The notes below the pieces were generated by a model that saw only the letters and a list, made by a program, of their open reading frames with translations, searched no databases and was not told where the DNA came from. Of a stretch of DNA of 64,000 nucleotides, positions 50,689-61,254 are shown in pieces. The position numbers and the translations under genes were made by a program. The DNA is from Sulfolobales archaeon. GTDB lineage: Archaea > Thermoproteota > Thermoprotei_A > Sulfolobales > AG1. The stretch lies in assembly GCA_038867615.1 (NCBI GenBank), contig JAWBYA010000001.1, positions 416,001 through 480,000 on the forward strand, given 5' to 3'. Positions within the stretch are counted from its first letter, which is position 1. Every line of letters begins with the position of its first letter.

Positions 50689-51791
50689 TTTAATCTTAAA
50701 TCTATAGATTCTTTAAAAGGTATTCCTAGGAGCCTTAAACCAATTAATTTAATATAATAATAGTCATCCACAATAATAGGTATAAGATCTCCCCTCATTA
50801 CGTAACCCAAAATGTTGAAGTGAAAACTCATTCCAATAAAAGTTCTCGCCTTAATATTCATTAATAAATCTTCGTAGGTCTCAGCTCTTACAACTTCTAT
50901 ATGATTAGCCGGAAAACCTTTATTCCGTATGAACTCTAAAAACCTTCGGATGTGACTTTCTTCTTGAAGATCCATGGTAATGATTTGAATAAAATCTGGT
51001 TTTAGATCAGCAATCTTATTCCATACTGCTTCATAATACTCTTTTTCCAACTCTTCCTTCCACGGACGTATATGAACAGCAATAATTCTTTCTGAAGGTC
51101 TAAGATTATAATTATTATTAATGATAAATTTAAATAAATTTAAATATCCCCAGTCTTTAGCTAAACGAATTTTTGCTTGATCGACGTAAAGATCTTTAGC
51201 TATGGCTAAACTCACCGGCTCTCTCACATAGATTAAATTTATTATTTTAAATAATAATTTAAGAGTCGCTTTAAATTTTCTAGTTATTATCGGTCCTATG
51301 GAGGACGGCCCTAATATTACTTTAATCCTGTGAAGTTTAGCAATTATAGAAAGCATTAGTAAGGGAATTAAAGTGCTTCTCCACCAGTTTTCATTGAGAT
51401 ATCCACCTCCAGAGAACACTAATACATCAGCTTTACGGATCGAGGCTACTAAATTTGCTTTAGGATTTTTCAATCTAGTTAATATAGATAAAGGCAGTAT
51501 TGATATACTAAGAAAACTTATAATATTTAAAAGCACTTCAAGTTTCCTTAGCAATTTTCTTTTGAAACGCTTAGGTCGACATATATCTATAACATCCGGG
51601 ATAACTATGACTTCTTCAAGTTTACCCTTTAATTTCGGATATATGTATTTTTTAAAGTTTCCATAGTCTGGCGCGATTATCGTTAAATAGCCGATCTTAG
51701 AGAAGAATTCTATCGCAAACAAGTCTATCGCTTTATCGCCTAGGTTTGTATATTCTGAATCTAAACGCAAGACTATATTGTATTTTGACAT
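50685..51791 (-). CDS. Polysaccharide pyruvyltransferase (WcaK/CsaB family)
   Basis: NLGDKAI, SGGGYL, SIGP, YVREPVS, D, GMSFH motifs. Confidence 0.85.
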   Translation of the reverse strand: MSKYNIVLRLDSEYTNLGDKAIDLFAIEFFSKIGYLTIIAPDYGNFKKYIYPKLKGKLEEVIVIPDVIDICRPKRFKRKLLRKLEVLLNIISFLSISILPLSILTRLKNPKANLVASIRKADVLVFSGGGYLNENWWRSTLIPLLMLSIIAKLHRIKVILGPSSIGPIITRKFKATLKLLFKIINLIYVREPVSLAIAKDLYVDQAKIRLAKDWGYLNLFKFIINNNYNLRPSERIIAVHIRPWKEELEKEYYEAVWNKIADLKPDFIQIITMDLQEESHIRRFLEFIRNKGFPANHIEVVRAETYEDLLMNIKARTFIGMSFHFNILGYVMRGDLIPIIVDDYYYIKLIGLRLLGIPFKESIDLRLK

Positions 51792-51794
51792 AGT

Positions 51795-53051
51795 TTAGTG
51801 TCTATAACCTCGCAGAGAATCTCTTATGATCGTAATATATATGCTTCTCTCCTTTCTCAGTATAGCGTCCCAAGTTAAACCTCTAACATGCGACTTAGCA
51901 ATCTCGTTTAAGGTCTCAAGCGCAACAGTATCCTCTAATAGATCTATCACTTTTCGAGCGAACTCCTCTATATTACCTTTAGGAATAGAGATTACCGCCC
52001 TACACTTTTTAAAGAAGGGATCTTTAAATGCAGAGATATCATAGACTATAACAGGTAATCCCATAGCTAAAGCTTCCACAATCGTAATAGGGAAAGCTTC
52101 ATGCTTACTCGGAAATATAAAGACTTTTGATCTGGCAAGAAGTTGAATTTTCTCCTCCTCATTTACAGACCCCATTAATAAAATATTTTCATGCAAGCTA
52201 TACTCTCTTATTCTACCAAGTATTTTATCTTTCATGTGCTTTGGAATTATTCCACACGTTACTAGCTTCGCATTAGGCTTAACTCGAACGACATGCTTCC
52301 ATATTTCTATTAGATCTAAAATTCCCTTTCGCTCGTCATGTACACCGATAAAGATGCCGTCATATATCTTCACTTCTTTGTAATCCTTCATAATCATATC
52401 CGAAACACCATTATAATTCACAAAGATAGGCTTTTTCGTATTTACCAAGTTAAGAAATTCAGCCTTAGTCAACGCGCTAACAGCTATCAGATAACATCTT
52501 TTTAAAATAATTAGAAAGATAAAAGCAATTAAAGTATTAAAAATTGCTTTTAATATTCTATACTTGCTTTTAATATACCTGTAGAGCGATTTAATGCTAG
52601 ATCCTCGCGATTCTAATAGCCATTTTGGAATCAGCTGTATTGTAACCACGCAAGGTCTACGCAAAATTACACTTACCAAATAGCCGTATAACACCCAAGA
52701 AGATAGCACATCAGGTACAAGGATAATATCTGGATAGTGTTTAGCACGACGAATCTCAATAGTTTTTTTAAAAATTTTAAAGAAGTTTATAATAAGGAAG
52801 GGTATTCTTTCTTCGTTGTATCCTTTACCGTAACCTTTAACTGGGTATGCTTGATAACGCGGTAAATTATAACCGAGAGTTCTTTGTATGAATCCCCTCA
52901 ATCGAGCTATAGAAGTAAATTCTATTGTCATATAGTTTATTCCCGTTTCTTTTCCTCTAATTAAAAGCTCAAAAATTCTTCTATAGTTTCCGGAGAAAAT
53001 ATCTGGCGTAAAATGGGGCATGATCATTAAAACATTAATATCTCTTTTCAA
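51795..53051 (-). CDS. Glycosyltransferase family 4
   Basis: NGV, RKG, FPSKHEAFPITIVEALAMGLPVI. Confidence 0.9.
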   Translation of the reverse strand: MKRDINVLMIMPHFTPDIFSGNYRRIFELLIRGKETGINYMTIEFTSIARLRGFIQRTLGYNLPRYQAYPVKGYGKGYNEERIPFLIINFFKIFKKTIEIRRAKHYPDIILVPDVLSSWVLYGYLVSVILRRPCVVTIQLIPKWLLESRGSSIKSLYRYIKSKYRILKAIFNTLIAFIFLIILKRCYLIAVSALTKAEFLNLVNTKKPIFVNYNGVSDMIMKDYKEVKIYDGIFIGVHDERKGILDLIEIWKHVVRVKPNAKLVTCGIIPKHMKDKILGRIREYSLHENILLMGSVNEEEKIQLLARSKVFIFPSKHEAFPITIVEALAMGLPVIVYDISAFKDPFFKKCRAVISIPKGNIEEFARKVIDLLEDTVALETLNEIAKSHVRGLTWDAILRKERSIYITIIRDSLRGYRH

Positions 53052-53127
53052 CTTGTTGCATCCTCAGCTATTGATTTTATTTACGTCTTTTGCTTAAGTT
53101 ATGCTCAACTTTAAATATAGCTGTTAG

Positions 53128-54924
53128 TTAGCCTGAGACAATGTAATATTGAGTTGAAACATATAATGCATTTACTTTTACATCGTTTTCCGAGCGATAA
53201 TATAAGAGAGGGTAAAATGTTTCTTTATCTAATACAAGTAACTCGCCAGGTTTAATAAATCTTACAATATCTTCAGGCTCAATTTTACTACCTTTTTTAA
53301 TATTATAAAGCATGTGGTAGAATTCTGGGACGTGCTTATAGCTTTTTCCATCTAATAATGCTAAGTAATAAAGCGGATCGTTGATACCACGTACAGCACT
53401 TACTGTAGAGCGATCCGGAATAAGCTTGACGATCATCGAACTTATTGTCTGGCCATAAGCATCAGGAAACCTCGTCGTTGTAGTTCTATATTGATCTGGA
53501 GCCCAATTTACGGATAGCGATCCCGAGCTGAGCATCATTAAGGCTATCAATATTGTTAGTATTTTAACCCACATGTTCCCCTTTCTTATTAATGATATAA
53601 AGCATATAATTGCAGGAATGAGTAGACATATGTAAGCTGATACGCCCAGATACCTCGTGTCTGACCATGCTCCAAACTTATAGAAGGAAAGAAAAGCAAA
53701 TAAAAGGATGGCGCCTCCTATTATAGCAAGATATGCGGAAAGATCCTCATATGAATTTCTTTTAGACTTTTTCAAGGTTTTTAAAAGATACCAGTAAACA
53801 TATGAGGCAGCAAAGGCAACCTGGATAGAGTAGGATAGTGTAATGTATTCGTTTTCTGTCTGAAGAGCTGGTAACCTAAAACTTGCTACAGGACTCTGAA
53901 TCTGGTTCATTAATCGAAATACATAGAATTTTAGTATAAATTCAAAAATAAGCGTTAATATCCAGTATGTATATGTTATAACCACAACTAAAGTGAGAAG
54001 TTTGAAGAACATGTATATATCAGACTTTTTACCTTGCCCATTCATTGCCTTTACGACTGCTAGGAAAATCATGCTGACTAACAACGAAATTATGGCAATT
54101 ACAAGAGAAACATGTACCATAATAATTACCGCGATCAGTATTAAGAACGTATAGAGCTTTTCACGAGTAATTAAAATTCTCTCTTTTTTTAGCAAGAGGC
54201 TGAAAAGTGTTAAGCTTAGTAGAGATGCAAAGCCTTGATGCGAGATGCTCCAAAAAGCCAACATCGGGTTGGAGAGAATGAATAATGCTGACGCAACCAA
54301 TGCTAGCCTGTCTTTCTCAAATATTTTCCATATGCATATGTATAAAATAAGTGTGCCTAAAAATGGAAACAATATTGACAATATAGTGTACGCGTGATAA
54401 AGTGAGACGTTTATAAGAACACTAAGTACAGCTACTAAAATTTCAGTAATTGGCGCAGGCATGTTGTAAGTGGGCATCAAAGCAGAAGCCTGCCAAAAAT
54501 TTCCATCAATAATTATTAACTGGGCGGCTGCAAAATCTCTCCAATGATCTGAATGAACTATCGGCGTTCCCTGAGCGGAAATTATCGCAATGGACGTTAG
54601 GGCCACAATTATCAAGGGTAAAATAAAGGTGTCAAGAGAGTTAACCCTCCATGTTAATAAAACGATGGTAACGTACATAAGGATAGACTGCATAACGAAC
54701 CATGACAATGGTCTTTGACCGTATGAAATGGAACTATTTATAAAAACACCTAAAATAAGAATCAATATAAGCTTTATAAGAATAACAGCTCTACCTTTCT
54801 TCTCTTTTACATAAGAGGCCTTTTCGTCTATCTGATGTATCATAAATATTAAAATAGCCGTTACACTAATTGCTGTGATTATCAGTAATAACGTAAGGCT
54901 CATACTAAGTTTCTCAAATAACAT
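53128..54924 (-). CDS. Polytopic membrane protein, possibly GT-C or glycan-polymerase-like
   Basis: Many TMs, SDHWRD loop, H in a TM, TRY, soluble C-terminus; glycan-locus context. Confidence 0.5.
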   Translation of the reverse strand: MLFEKLSMSLTLLLIITAISVTAILIFMIHQIDEKASYVKEKKGRAVILIKLILILILGVFINSSISYGQRPLSWFVMQSILMYVTIVLLTWRVNSLDTFILPLIIVALTSIAIISAQGTPIVHSDHWRDFAAAQLIIIDGNFWQASALMPTYNMPAPITEILVAVLSVLINVSLYHAYTILSILFPFLGTLILYICIWKIFEKDRLALVASALFILSNPMLAFWSISHQGFASLLSLTLFSLLLKKERILITREKLYTFLILIAVIIMVHVSLVIAIISLLVSMIFLAVVKAMNGQGKKSDIYMFFKLLTLVVVITYTYWILTLIFEFILKFYVFRLMNQIQSPVASFRLPALQTENEYITLSYSIQVAFAASYVYWYLLKTLKKSKRNSYEDLSAYLAIIGGAILLFAFLSFYKFGAWSDTRYLGVSAYICLLIPAIICFISLIRKGNMWVKILTILIALMMLSSGSLSVNWAPDQYRTTTTRFPDAYGQTISSMIVKLIPDRSTVSAVRGINDPLYYLALLDGKSYKHVPEFYHMLYNIKKGSKIEPEDIVRFIKPGELLVLDKETFYPLLYYRSENDVKVNALYVSTQYYIVSG

Positions 54925-55110
54925 TTATTAATCAAATTAATAACTTGAATTTGTATACTCACTTTTGATAGGAGTAATTCACTTATAGGTACTTCTTCTA
55001 ATGATCAAAGATAATCAATATAAAGACTCTTTAAGTTTTCTTTAAATTTAAAGCTTCTACTAATTCTAGTAATATACAATTATAGATATACTCTTAATTA
55101 TTTAACCTTA

Positions 55111-56181
55111 CTACAGATTATACAGATTTTTAACATAAATATCCACTATTTGGTTCCAGCCAGGAACTTCTGGTTTAGGTTGCTTCCTAATCTTACTTAG
55201 AAAAGCTATTATTTCCTGAGCTATGTCTTCGTTGCTCTTATAAAGTTGAGTTATTAGCGTCCTGCTCTTCTCAGAGAAGTTGAGACCCCAGGGCTCAACA
55301 ATCACAGCTGGTACTCCTATTGCATTAGCTTCATTGATTGTCAGCGCGTATGCTTCTTTAGTTGATAAGTTTGCTATGAACAATGCTCTTGACAATATTT
55401 TTATATACTCCTCGTATGGTTTAAAGGGTGACAGTTCATAATCTACTCTTAGCTTTTCGAGATGTTTGATAAGCTTTCTTTTGTGAGGGCCGTCGCCGAT
55501 TATTTTTAATTCTAGGTTAAGCCCGTGATTAATGTTCAATATTTTAATTATTCTTGCAAGCCTCTCGATGTTCTTGTACCATTCTATTCTGCCAGCATAG
55601 AGCGCGTAGTCTTCGGGCTTCCACTCTAGGCTTTTGATTTGCTCGTCAACACCATGCTCTATAACAGTGCAACCAATTTTTAAGCTTCTCCTTACTAAGT
55701 TAGCCTCATGGTTTGATACACAATGGATCACATCCACGCTCTTGATTAGTCTAGAAACTAAGCGTCTCCACAAAATCCACAGTATACTCCTAAATAACGT
55801 GTGCCCTGTACCGTGATAATGTGGAGTCAAAACTTTACGCACGCTAGAGCTCCTCAGTACCCGTAGAGAGTACATAGGTAGAATACCGTGAACGCTGTGG
55901 AGATGAATCACATCGCATTTATTCCCAATACCTAAAAGCCATCTCGCTAGCCTATTTCTCATCTTCGGGATATGATAAGCATCCCCAGGAGACCATACAG
56001 GCCATCTCACCACATGAACACCATTAACCCACTCTTCCCTGGGAACGTTGATACCGGTCTCACCACATAGCACTGTGACATTGTGTCCCTGTTTGGCAAG
56101 CCTCTCAGCCACAGACTTTACAACGTATTCGATACCGCCAACATGAGGATAGTAACGGGGTGTAAGGTAGAGGATGTTCAT
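55111..56181 (-). CDS. Glycosyltransferase family 4
   Basis: YYPHVGGIE, TPHYH, GRIEWYKN, EAYALTINEA. Confidence 0.9.
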   Translation of the reverse strand: MNILYLTPRYYPHVGGIEYVVKSVAERLAKQGHNVTVLCGETGINVPREEWVNGVHVVRWPVWSPGDAYHIPKMRNRLARWLLGIGNKCDVIHLHSVHGILPMYSLRVLRSSSVRKVLTPHYHGTGHTLFRSILWILWRRLVSRLIKSVDVIHCVSNHEANLVRRSLKIGCTVIEHGVDEQIKSLEWKPEDYALYAGRIEWYKNIERLARIIKILNINHGLNLELKIIGDGPHKRKLIKHLEKLRVDYELSPFKPYEEYIKILSRALFIANLSTKEAYALTINEANAIGVPAVIVEPWGLNFSEKSRTLITQLYKSNEDIAQEIIAFLSKIRKQPKPEVPGWNQIVDIYVKNLYNL

Positions 56182-56254
56182 TTCTATTCAGCTTAGTTAT
56201 ATATTAAGTTACTTCATACTTCGTATTTTTAGTATTAGATATTGAGCGTTAAGA

Positions 56255-57076
56255 CTAAGAAGGCTGTCTATATGCCTTCACTACTATTATTTTTGGTCTA
56301 GCTAATATTGAGACAAAGATTCTATAAAGCGCTATAATCAATGTATAAAATTTCGGGCTAACTTTTACCCATAAATTTGCAAATGCTCTAGTTATATGAT
56401 ATTCTTTAATTTTGGTTTGGAAGCCCGATTTTTGAAGTACCTCAATAATAGGCCCGTATTTTCCGTGAATCTCGGCTGCTAGGATGTTGACGTGTTTCAG
56501 CCATTTTTTCTGCTTAAATAGTTCGTATTCTGCTCCCTCAATATCCATCTTGACTAGCACTGGGGGATCAACTTTTTCTAGAAGTTGATCGATAGTTATA
56601 ACGTCAACAACTATTGTTTCCGCTGAGGGGGTACTAGTGAGATGCGGCGATTCGCTCCATGCAGTTATCTTTAGAAAGCGTTTGCCTTGCTCAGCTCCTA
56701 CAGCTTTGCAAATTGCTTCTACACGTAAATGTTTAGCTATGATTACCTCATAATTCAATTTTATGTTATTTAATAATAAGCGGAAAGCCGCCGGATTCGG
56801 CTCTACAGCTATTATACGTGAGCCCTTACTAGCATGCCTTATCGCGTATACCGTGAATGAACCGTGATGCGCGCCGAGATCGATTATTGTATGAGCCGCA
56901 GATATCTCCTCTGGGCTGAAATAAATGTTAAAGTCACTTATGAGATTTTCTTCAAGACTACCGAAAGCGTCAGGCATAATATAGAGTCTACTGTCTCGTA
57001 CAGTTACTAGAAGATATGGAATTTTATTAAGGAACTTTATAAGATATCCGCGTAGTACCTCTAGCAATTCTAGCAA
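56255..57076 (-). CDS. FkbM-family methyltransferase
   Basis: IDLGAHHG, AVEPNP, KMDIEGAE, EIH. Confidence 0.9.
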   Translation of the reverse strand: MLELLEVLRGYLIKFLNKIPYLLVTVRDSRLYIMPDAFGSLEENLISDFNIYFSPEEISAAHTIIDLGAHHGSFTVYAIRHASKGSRIIAVEPNPAAFRLLLNNIKLNYEVIIAKHLRVEAICKAVGAEQGKRFLKITAWSESPHLTSTPSAETIVVDVITIDQLLEKVDPPVLVKMDIEGAEYELFKQKKWLKHVNILAAEIHGKYGPIIEVLQKSGFQTKIKEYHITRAFANLWVKVSPKFYTLIIALYRIFVSILARPKIIVVKAYRQPS

Positions 57077-57087
57077 TCATATTGTCA

Positions 57088-58215
57088 TCAAGAGAGTAGT
57101 TTAGCTTGCTTGTTCCAGACTATCTCTTTAGACCATAGGTTTTTTAGTGTTGCGGTTAGGAGGTAAGTTTGCATTGTTACCCATATCCTATAGGGTTTTA
57201 GTATTAGTAGCGCTACTCCGAGAGCTAAAGCGGTTATGGCTATAGGTGAGCGTGCTATTAGCGCGCTTGTTGCTAGCAATGTTACTGATATAAATAATAG
57301 GAGTGGGTTTAACATGTGAAGGTAGGCTTCTATGAGGAGTATCGCCTTAAGCTCTCTCGGGGTTCTTCTCAGCTCTTTGAGTACCTTGATAAAGTGTTGT
57401 ATCAAGTGCTGAGCCCTCCTTGCTCTCCATTGGGAGTAGCTTTTGCTAGGGGCTATCTCCTCAACAAAGAGGTTTTCAGGTATTATAGCCTTATAACCCA
57501 TCAAAGCTATTCTCGTGGCTGTGTGGCTGTCGTCTGCACCAATGTCTATAGGGAAGCCGCCTAGTCTTTCTAGTAGATCTTTTCTGAAGGCTGCTAGTTC
57601 TCCGTGGAAGATTGGTGTGGAGTAGGCTTTGCTCTCAGCGATCCTCAGGGTATTATAATAATATCTATAGCTCTCCTCAATATCCCTAACCCTCGCTCCC
57701 AGAGGCTTTTTCAGACAGGATACAGCCCCGACTGTGGGGTCTGAGAACCATTTTAAAGTCTCTTTGAGAGCCTCTCTGGGCCATAGGGCGTCGGCGTCAG
57801 CTATAACTATTATTTCGCCGCTGGCGTGCTTTAAAGCGTGGTTTAATGCTTGGGCTTTTCCTCTCCTCTCAGCTTCTTCAATTAGTTTCAGGTTGAAATC
57901 TCTATGTCTAGAGATCCATTCCTTGACCAGATCGGGGGTTCCATCGTTGCTTGAGCTATCGATGACTATTACTTCGATCAGCTCTTTTGGATAGTCCTGG
58001 GTATAGATATTATCAAGCCTGCTCTGGATAAGCTTAGCCTCGTTGTATGTCGGCAATATAATGGTCGCTCTAGGCCTGTAGCTCTCATCGACCTTAATAT
58101 TCCAGGGCCTAGGCAACCATGCTCTCTTAGCATAGAGGTAATAAGCTATGGGGAATCCGAAGTGTATAGATGCTAGAGCTAACGCTGCTACATCAAATGG
58201 TGTTATGCCTAGCAT
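57088..58215 (-). CDS. Glycosyltransferase family 2 with TM helices (processive/CESA-like)
   Basis: PTYNE, DSSSNDGT, GKAQALN, ADAD, ADD, WRARRAQ. Confidence 0.9.
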   Translation of the reverse strand: MLGITPFDVAALALASIHFGFPIAYYLYAKRAWLPRPWNIKVDESYRPRATIILPTYNEAKLIQSRLDNIYTQDYPKELIEVIVIDSSSNDGTPDLVKEWISRHRDFNLKLIEEAERRGKAQALNHALKHASGEIIVIADADALWPREALKETLKWFSDPTVGAVSCLKKPLGARVRDIEESYRYYYNTLRIAESKAYSTPIFHGELAAFRKDLLERLGGFPIDIGADDSHTATRIALMGYKAIIPENLFVEEIAPSKSYSQWRARRAQHLIQHFIKVLKELRRTPRELKAILLIEAYLHMLNPLLLFISVTLLATSALIARSPIAITALALGVALLILKPYRIWVTMQTYLLTATLKNLWSKEIVWNKQAKLLS

Positions 58216-58591
58216 CTTAGAGAGTTCGATAACGATGTTCTACCCAGTAGCTAGAAAATAGGCGCTGTTGCTAATACAGCTAGCATGTAATACAAATTTC
58301 TCTTTATACCTGGAAAATGTGTCATAATATTGTGAAAGCTCTTCGAGCATCATAATCATGTCTTTAAGCCTCTGGGGCTTTTTCGTATATTCTTAGCCTC
58401 ACGAATCAAAGCGTAAGAGTATTTGCCAAGCCCTAACCCGACAGAAGGCGCTTTACCTCTTTCTTCTAGCCAGCCTTTTATATTCATAGGCCATATCCGC
58501 AATCATGTAGCCAGTTATGTGGATGTCATGCGGAGACGTACTCTTAAAAAGGCTGGCTATAGCTGGTTCTGTCAATGTGAGGAGCAAAGTT

Positions 58592-59252
58592 CTAACGTCT
58601 CTTCTCAAGTATGAAAATATAGGCTGGGGCTATTGGTAGTAGTTTCATTATGTTTAGGTGGTACACATCTACTCTTTCCTTTAATTTAAAACCCCATGCT
58701 TCAAAGAGCGTCAGTGCGTAGTTTATTGTCACTTCCATGTTTACATAGCTGTAATTGAGCATTTCGAAGATCTTAGACTGAAATCCTCTTGGCAAAAGAA
58801 ACAAAAACGGCCATTTGCTGTGAGGCTCGATCGGGTATTGAAGGTTTGGCAACTGAAGAATCACTTTTCCTCTATCCTTAAGAACTCTATGTAGTTCTCC
58901 CACATGCTTTTTCGGCCCTTGAAGATGCTCCATTAATGAGATAGAGAGAACGCAGTCGATAGAGCCTCCACGAAATGGAAGGTAGTGGGCATCAGCACAG
59001 ATCCTCTCGATATTGTATCCTCTAACATTTCTCAGTAGCTCACATTGAATATCTAACGCCACGATTAGGCGCTTCCCATCATCCAAGGCTTTGCTGAAGG
59101 TGCCTGAGCCACACCCAACATCAACTACCACTTTCGCGTTTTCAACGTATTGCCTGAAAAACCCTAGATACCTACTTTCCCTTTTTTTCGTATAATTGAA
59201 GGCGTGCTGCTAGGCTGACTATGCTTTGATAGAAAAGTTTAAAGATGTTCAA
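58592..59252 (-). pseudogene. Class I SAM methyltransferase with apparent extra A in an A7 run near the 5' end
   Basis: VDVGCGSG, DAHYLPF, LMEHL in 58592-59131; TTG 59252 (MNIFKLF...) joins this frame if the run at 59182-59188 is one base shorter. Confidence 0.6.
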
Positions 59253-59379
59253 GGATGATCTTAGCTTTAGGTAGATTCAGTGTTTTTAGAACTGTGATTC
59301 TTAGCGTTAACCTTTCTGGACGCTCTTTAAGTTTGGGTCGCTTATCGGCTTTTTAGTAGCTGTAAGACTTGTGGAACTT

Positions 59380-60873
59380 CTAAGTCCTGCTCTCGTTCTT
59401 TTCGATTTTCTCTACTATTCTGTGTTCTATTCGTTTGAGCAGGATTGCTATTGTTCCTAGGGTTATGGATTGTGATGCGAAGAGTAGTAGCATTGCTCCT
59501 AGGAGTGCCCAGCCGCTATGCCAGATTCCGTGGAATGTGAGGCGGTAGATGACGAAGGCTAGTATGACCATGGCGGGGATTATGGTTGAGGCTGCGATTG
59601 CTGAGAATAGTAGGATTGGGTTGTGTTTTCTTGCGAGCTCTATGAGTGAGAGGAGTATGGCGAGGCCGTGGCGCCATGTGGATAGCTTGCTCTTACCAAT
59701 CCTGGGTCTGTATTTTATGGGGACTTCGGTTATGCTTCTCTCCATGGCTGCTTGGGCTGCGATTTCTACTTCTGTTGAGAATCCTCTTGTCGCTAGCTCG
59801 ATGTGTTTGGCGAAGTCTGTTTTTATTAGATACATGCCTGAGCATACGTCGGAGAGGTTCGTTCCGAAGAGCATGTTGAAGGCCTTCGTTATCACCCAGT
59901 TCCCAAGCCTGTGGAGGCGGCTCATATTACGCATATCCCTAGCCCCGATGACTAGTGAGTAGAGCTTTCCATGGATCAGCAGCCGCTTAATATCCCTAGG
60001 ATCATATGTGTGATCACCATCCATGACAAGGATATATGGCGTGGTCACATGCTCAACAGCTGTTTTAAGAGCACCAGTCTTCCCCGAGCTATGCTGATAT
60101 ATAACACGAACACCCTTGGACATCGCGATCCTATCAGTCCCATCCTGGGAATAGCCATCCACAACCAAGATATTATTATAACCCTCACCCCTCAACTCAT
60201 CTATAACAACACCTATAGCCCCAGCCTCATTCAAAGTAGGAATAACAACCGTAACATGATCAGGCAATATATCCCCATAACCCGTAACAGAAGATCCCCG
60301 CATAACACTCCCACCAACCCCTCCATCCATCCCCATAGCCACACTGGATCGCATAGCCTCAGAAACCCCCCAACCCCTAACAAGGCTCATGAACGCAGCT
60401 ACAAGCAATATAGAGGAAACCATCAACCCCTCCCCCGTAAATAGCGGGGCATCAAAGCTTTGGAGAACACGGAAATCCACAGGCTCTGCAACTATAGCCA
60501 GATCCGGGTCTAAGCCCATGGAAGAGCCCAGATGGATCGCGAGATCAGCCTTAACCCACAGAGCATTCCCATAAAACGGCCAAAACACCGGCGTAGCCCC
60601 TGAGAAGACATCAAGAGCAATGTGAGAAGCTAGCGAGAAGAAGGCCAGAGCAAATATACGCATCCCCCTCCTCAAAGCATGGGCTATAGCGAAAAGCGGA
60701 AGAAACAATGCTGTTAAAACCACGAGAGAGTGGGAGAAAGACCTATGAACAAGGAACAAAGCATCAAAATCAGGGATCAGAGCTAGAAGCGCTAGAAGCG
60801 AAGCCTTTTTAAGATTTAATCCCAAGAGAACCAATACCAAGAAGGGAACCGTGAAGTGTATCAAAGGCTCCAT
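59380..60873 (-). CDS. Fusion of YdjM-like membrane metal-dependent hydrolase and GT2 dolichol-phosphate glycosyltransferase
   Basis: N-term H..PDFD..HRSFSHS..SHIALD..FWP; C-term PTLNE, VDGYSQDGT, MDGDHTY, DVCSG, YRPRIGKSKL and two TMs. Confidence 0.8.
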   Translation of the reverse strand: MEPLIHFTVPFLVLVLLGLNLKKASLLALLALIPDFDALFLVHRSFSHSLVVLTALFLPLFAIAHALRRGMRIFALAFFSLASHIALDVFSGATPVFWPFYGNALWVKADLAIHLGSSMGLDPDLAIVAEPVDFRVLQSFDAPLFTGEGLMVSSILLVAAFMSLVRGWGVSEAMRSSVAMGMDGGVGGSVMRGSSVTGYGDILPDHVTVVIPTLNEAGAIGVVIDELRGEGYNNILVVDGYSQDGTDRIAMSKGVRVIYQHSSGKTGALKTAVEHVTTPYILVMDGDHTYDPRDIKRLLIHGKLYSLVIGARDMRNMSRLHRLGNWVITKAFNMLFGTNLSDVCSGMYLIKTDFAKHIELATRGFSTEVEIAAQAAMERSITEVPIKYRPRIGKSKLSTWRHGLAILLSLIELARKHNPILLFSAIAASTIIPAMVILAFVIYRLTFHGIWHSGWALLGAMLLLFASQSITLGTIAILLKRIEHRIVEKIEKNESRT

Positions 60874-61069
60874 TCTACTCCACTATACGAAACAATGCTC
60901 CAACCACCTAGGCATAGATCATAGATCCCGTGGGGTAGAGAGATCCCTGGATAAAAAGAAAACGAAGGAATCTATATACATCCAGGAACAATGAATAACA
61001 ACAGCTGACACCAGCCCCGGCTAGAGATGCTGTGAAAGCTATAAACATCCAGGCTCCCCTTAAAACCCC

Positions 61070-61230
61070 TTATGAATGCACAGTAATCCAGAGATACAGT
61101 ATTCTATATGGCTTCTCAAAACCCTCCCTATATAGGAGGAACTCAAGCCTAGCCCTCTCAATAGAAGACTCCGCGACTCTCCTCACAGCACTCTACCCAT
61201 GATCTCGGGGAGAGTTCTACTGACAGGCTT
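61070..61230 (-). pseudogene. Relic C-terminal fragment of a DUF1616-like gene; 5' boundary approximate
   Basis: ARLEFLLYREGFEKPYRILYLWITVHS-stop resembles DUF1616 C-termini (compare LIFELWLY...NHLYVSV at 62.6 kb). Confidence 0.45.
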
Positions 61231-61254
61231 CCGACAGTTCTCACAACACTATTG

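Noticed and set aside
59178-59192. A-AAA-AAG as a programmed -1 frameshift signal
   Set aside because: The -1 frame stops within a few codons; the methyltransferase needs the +1 frame
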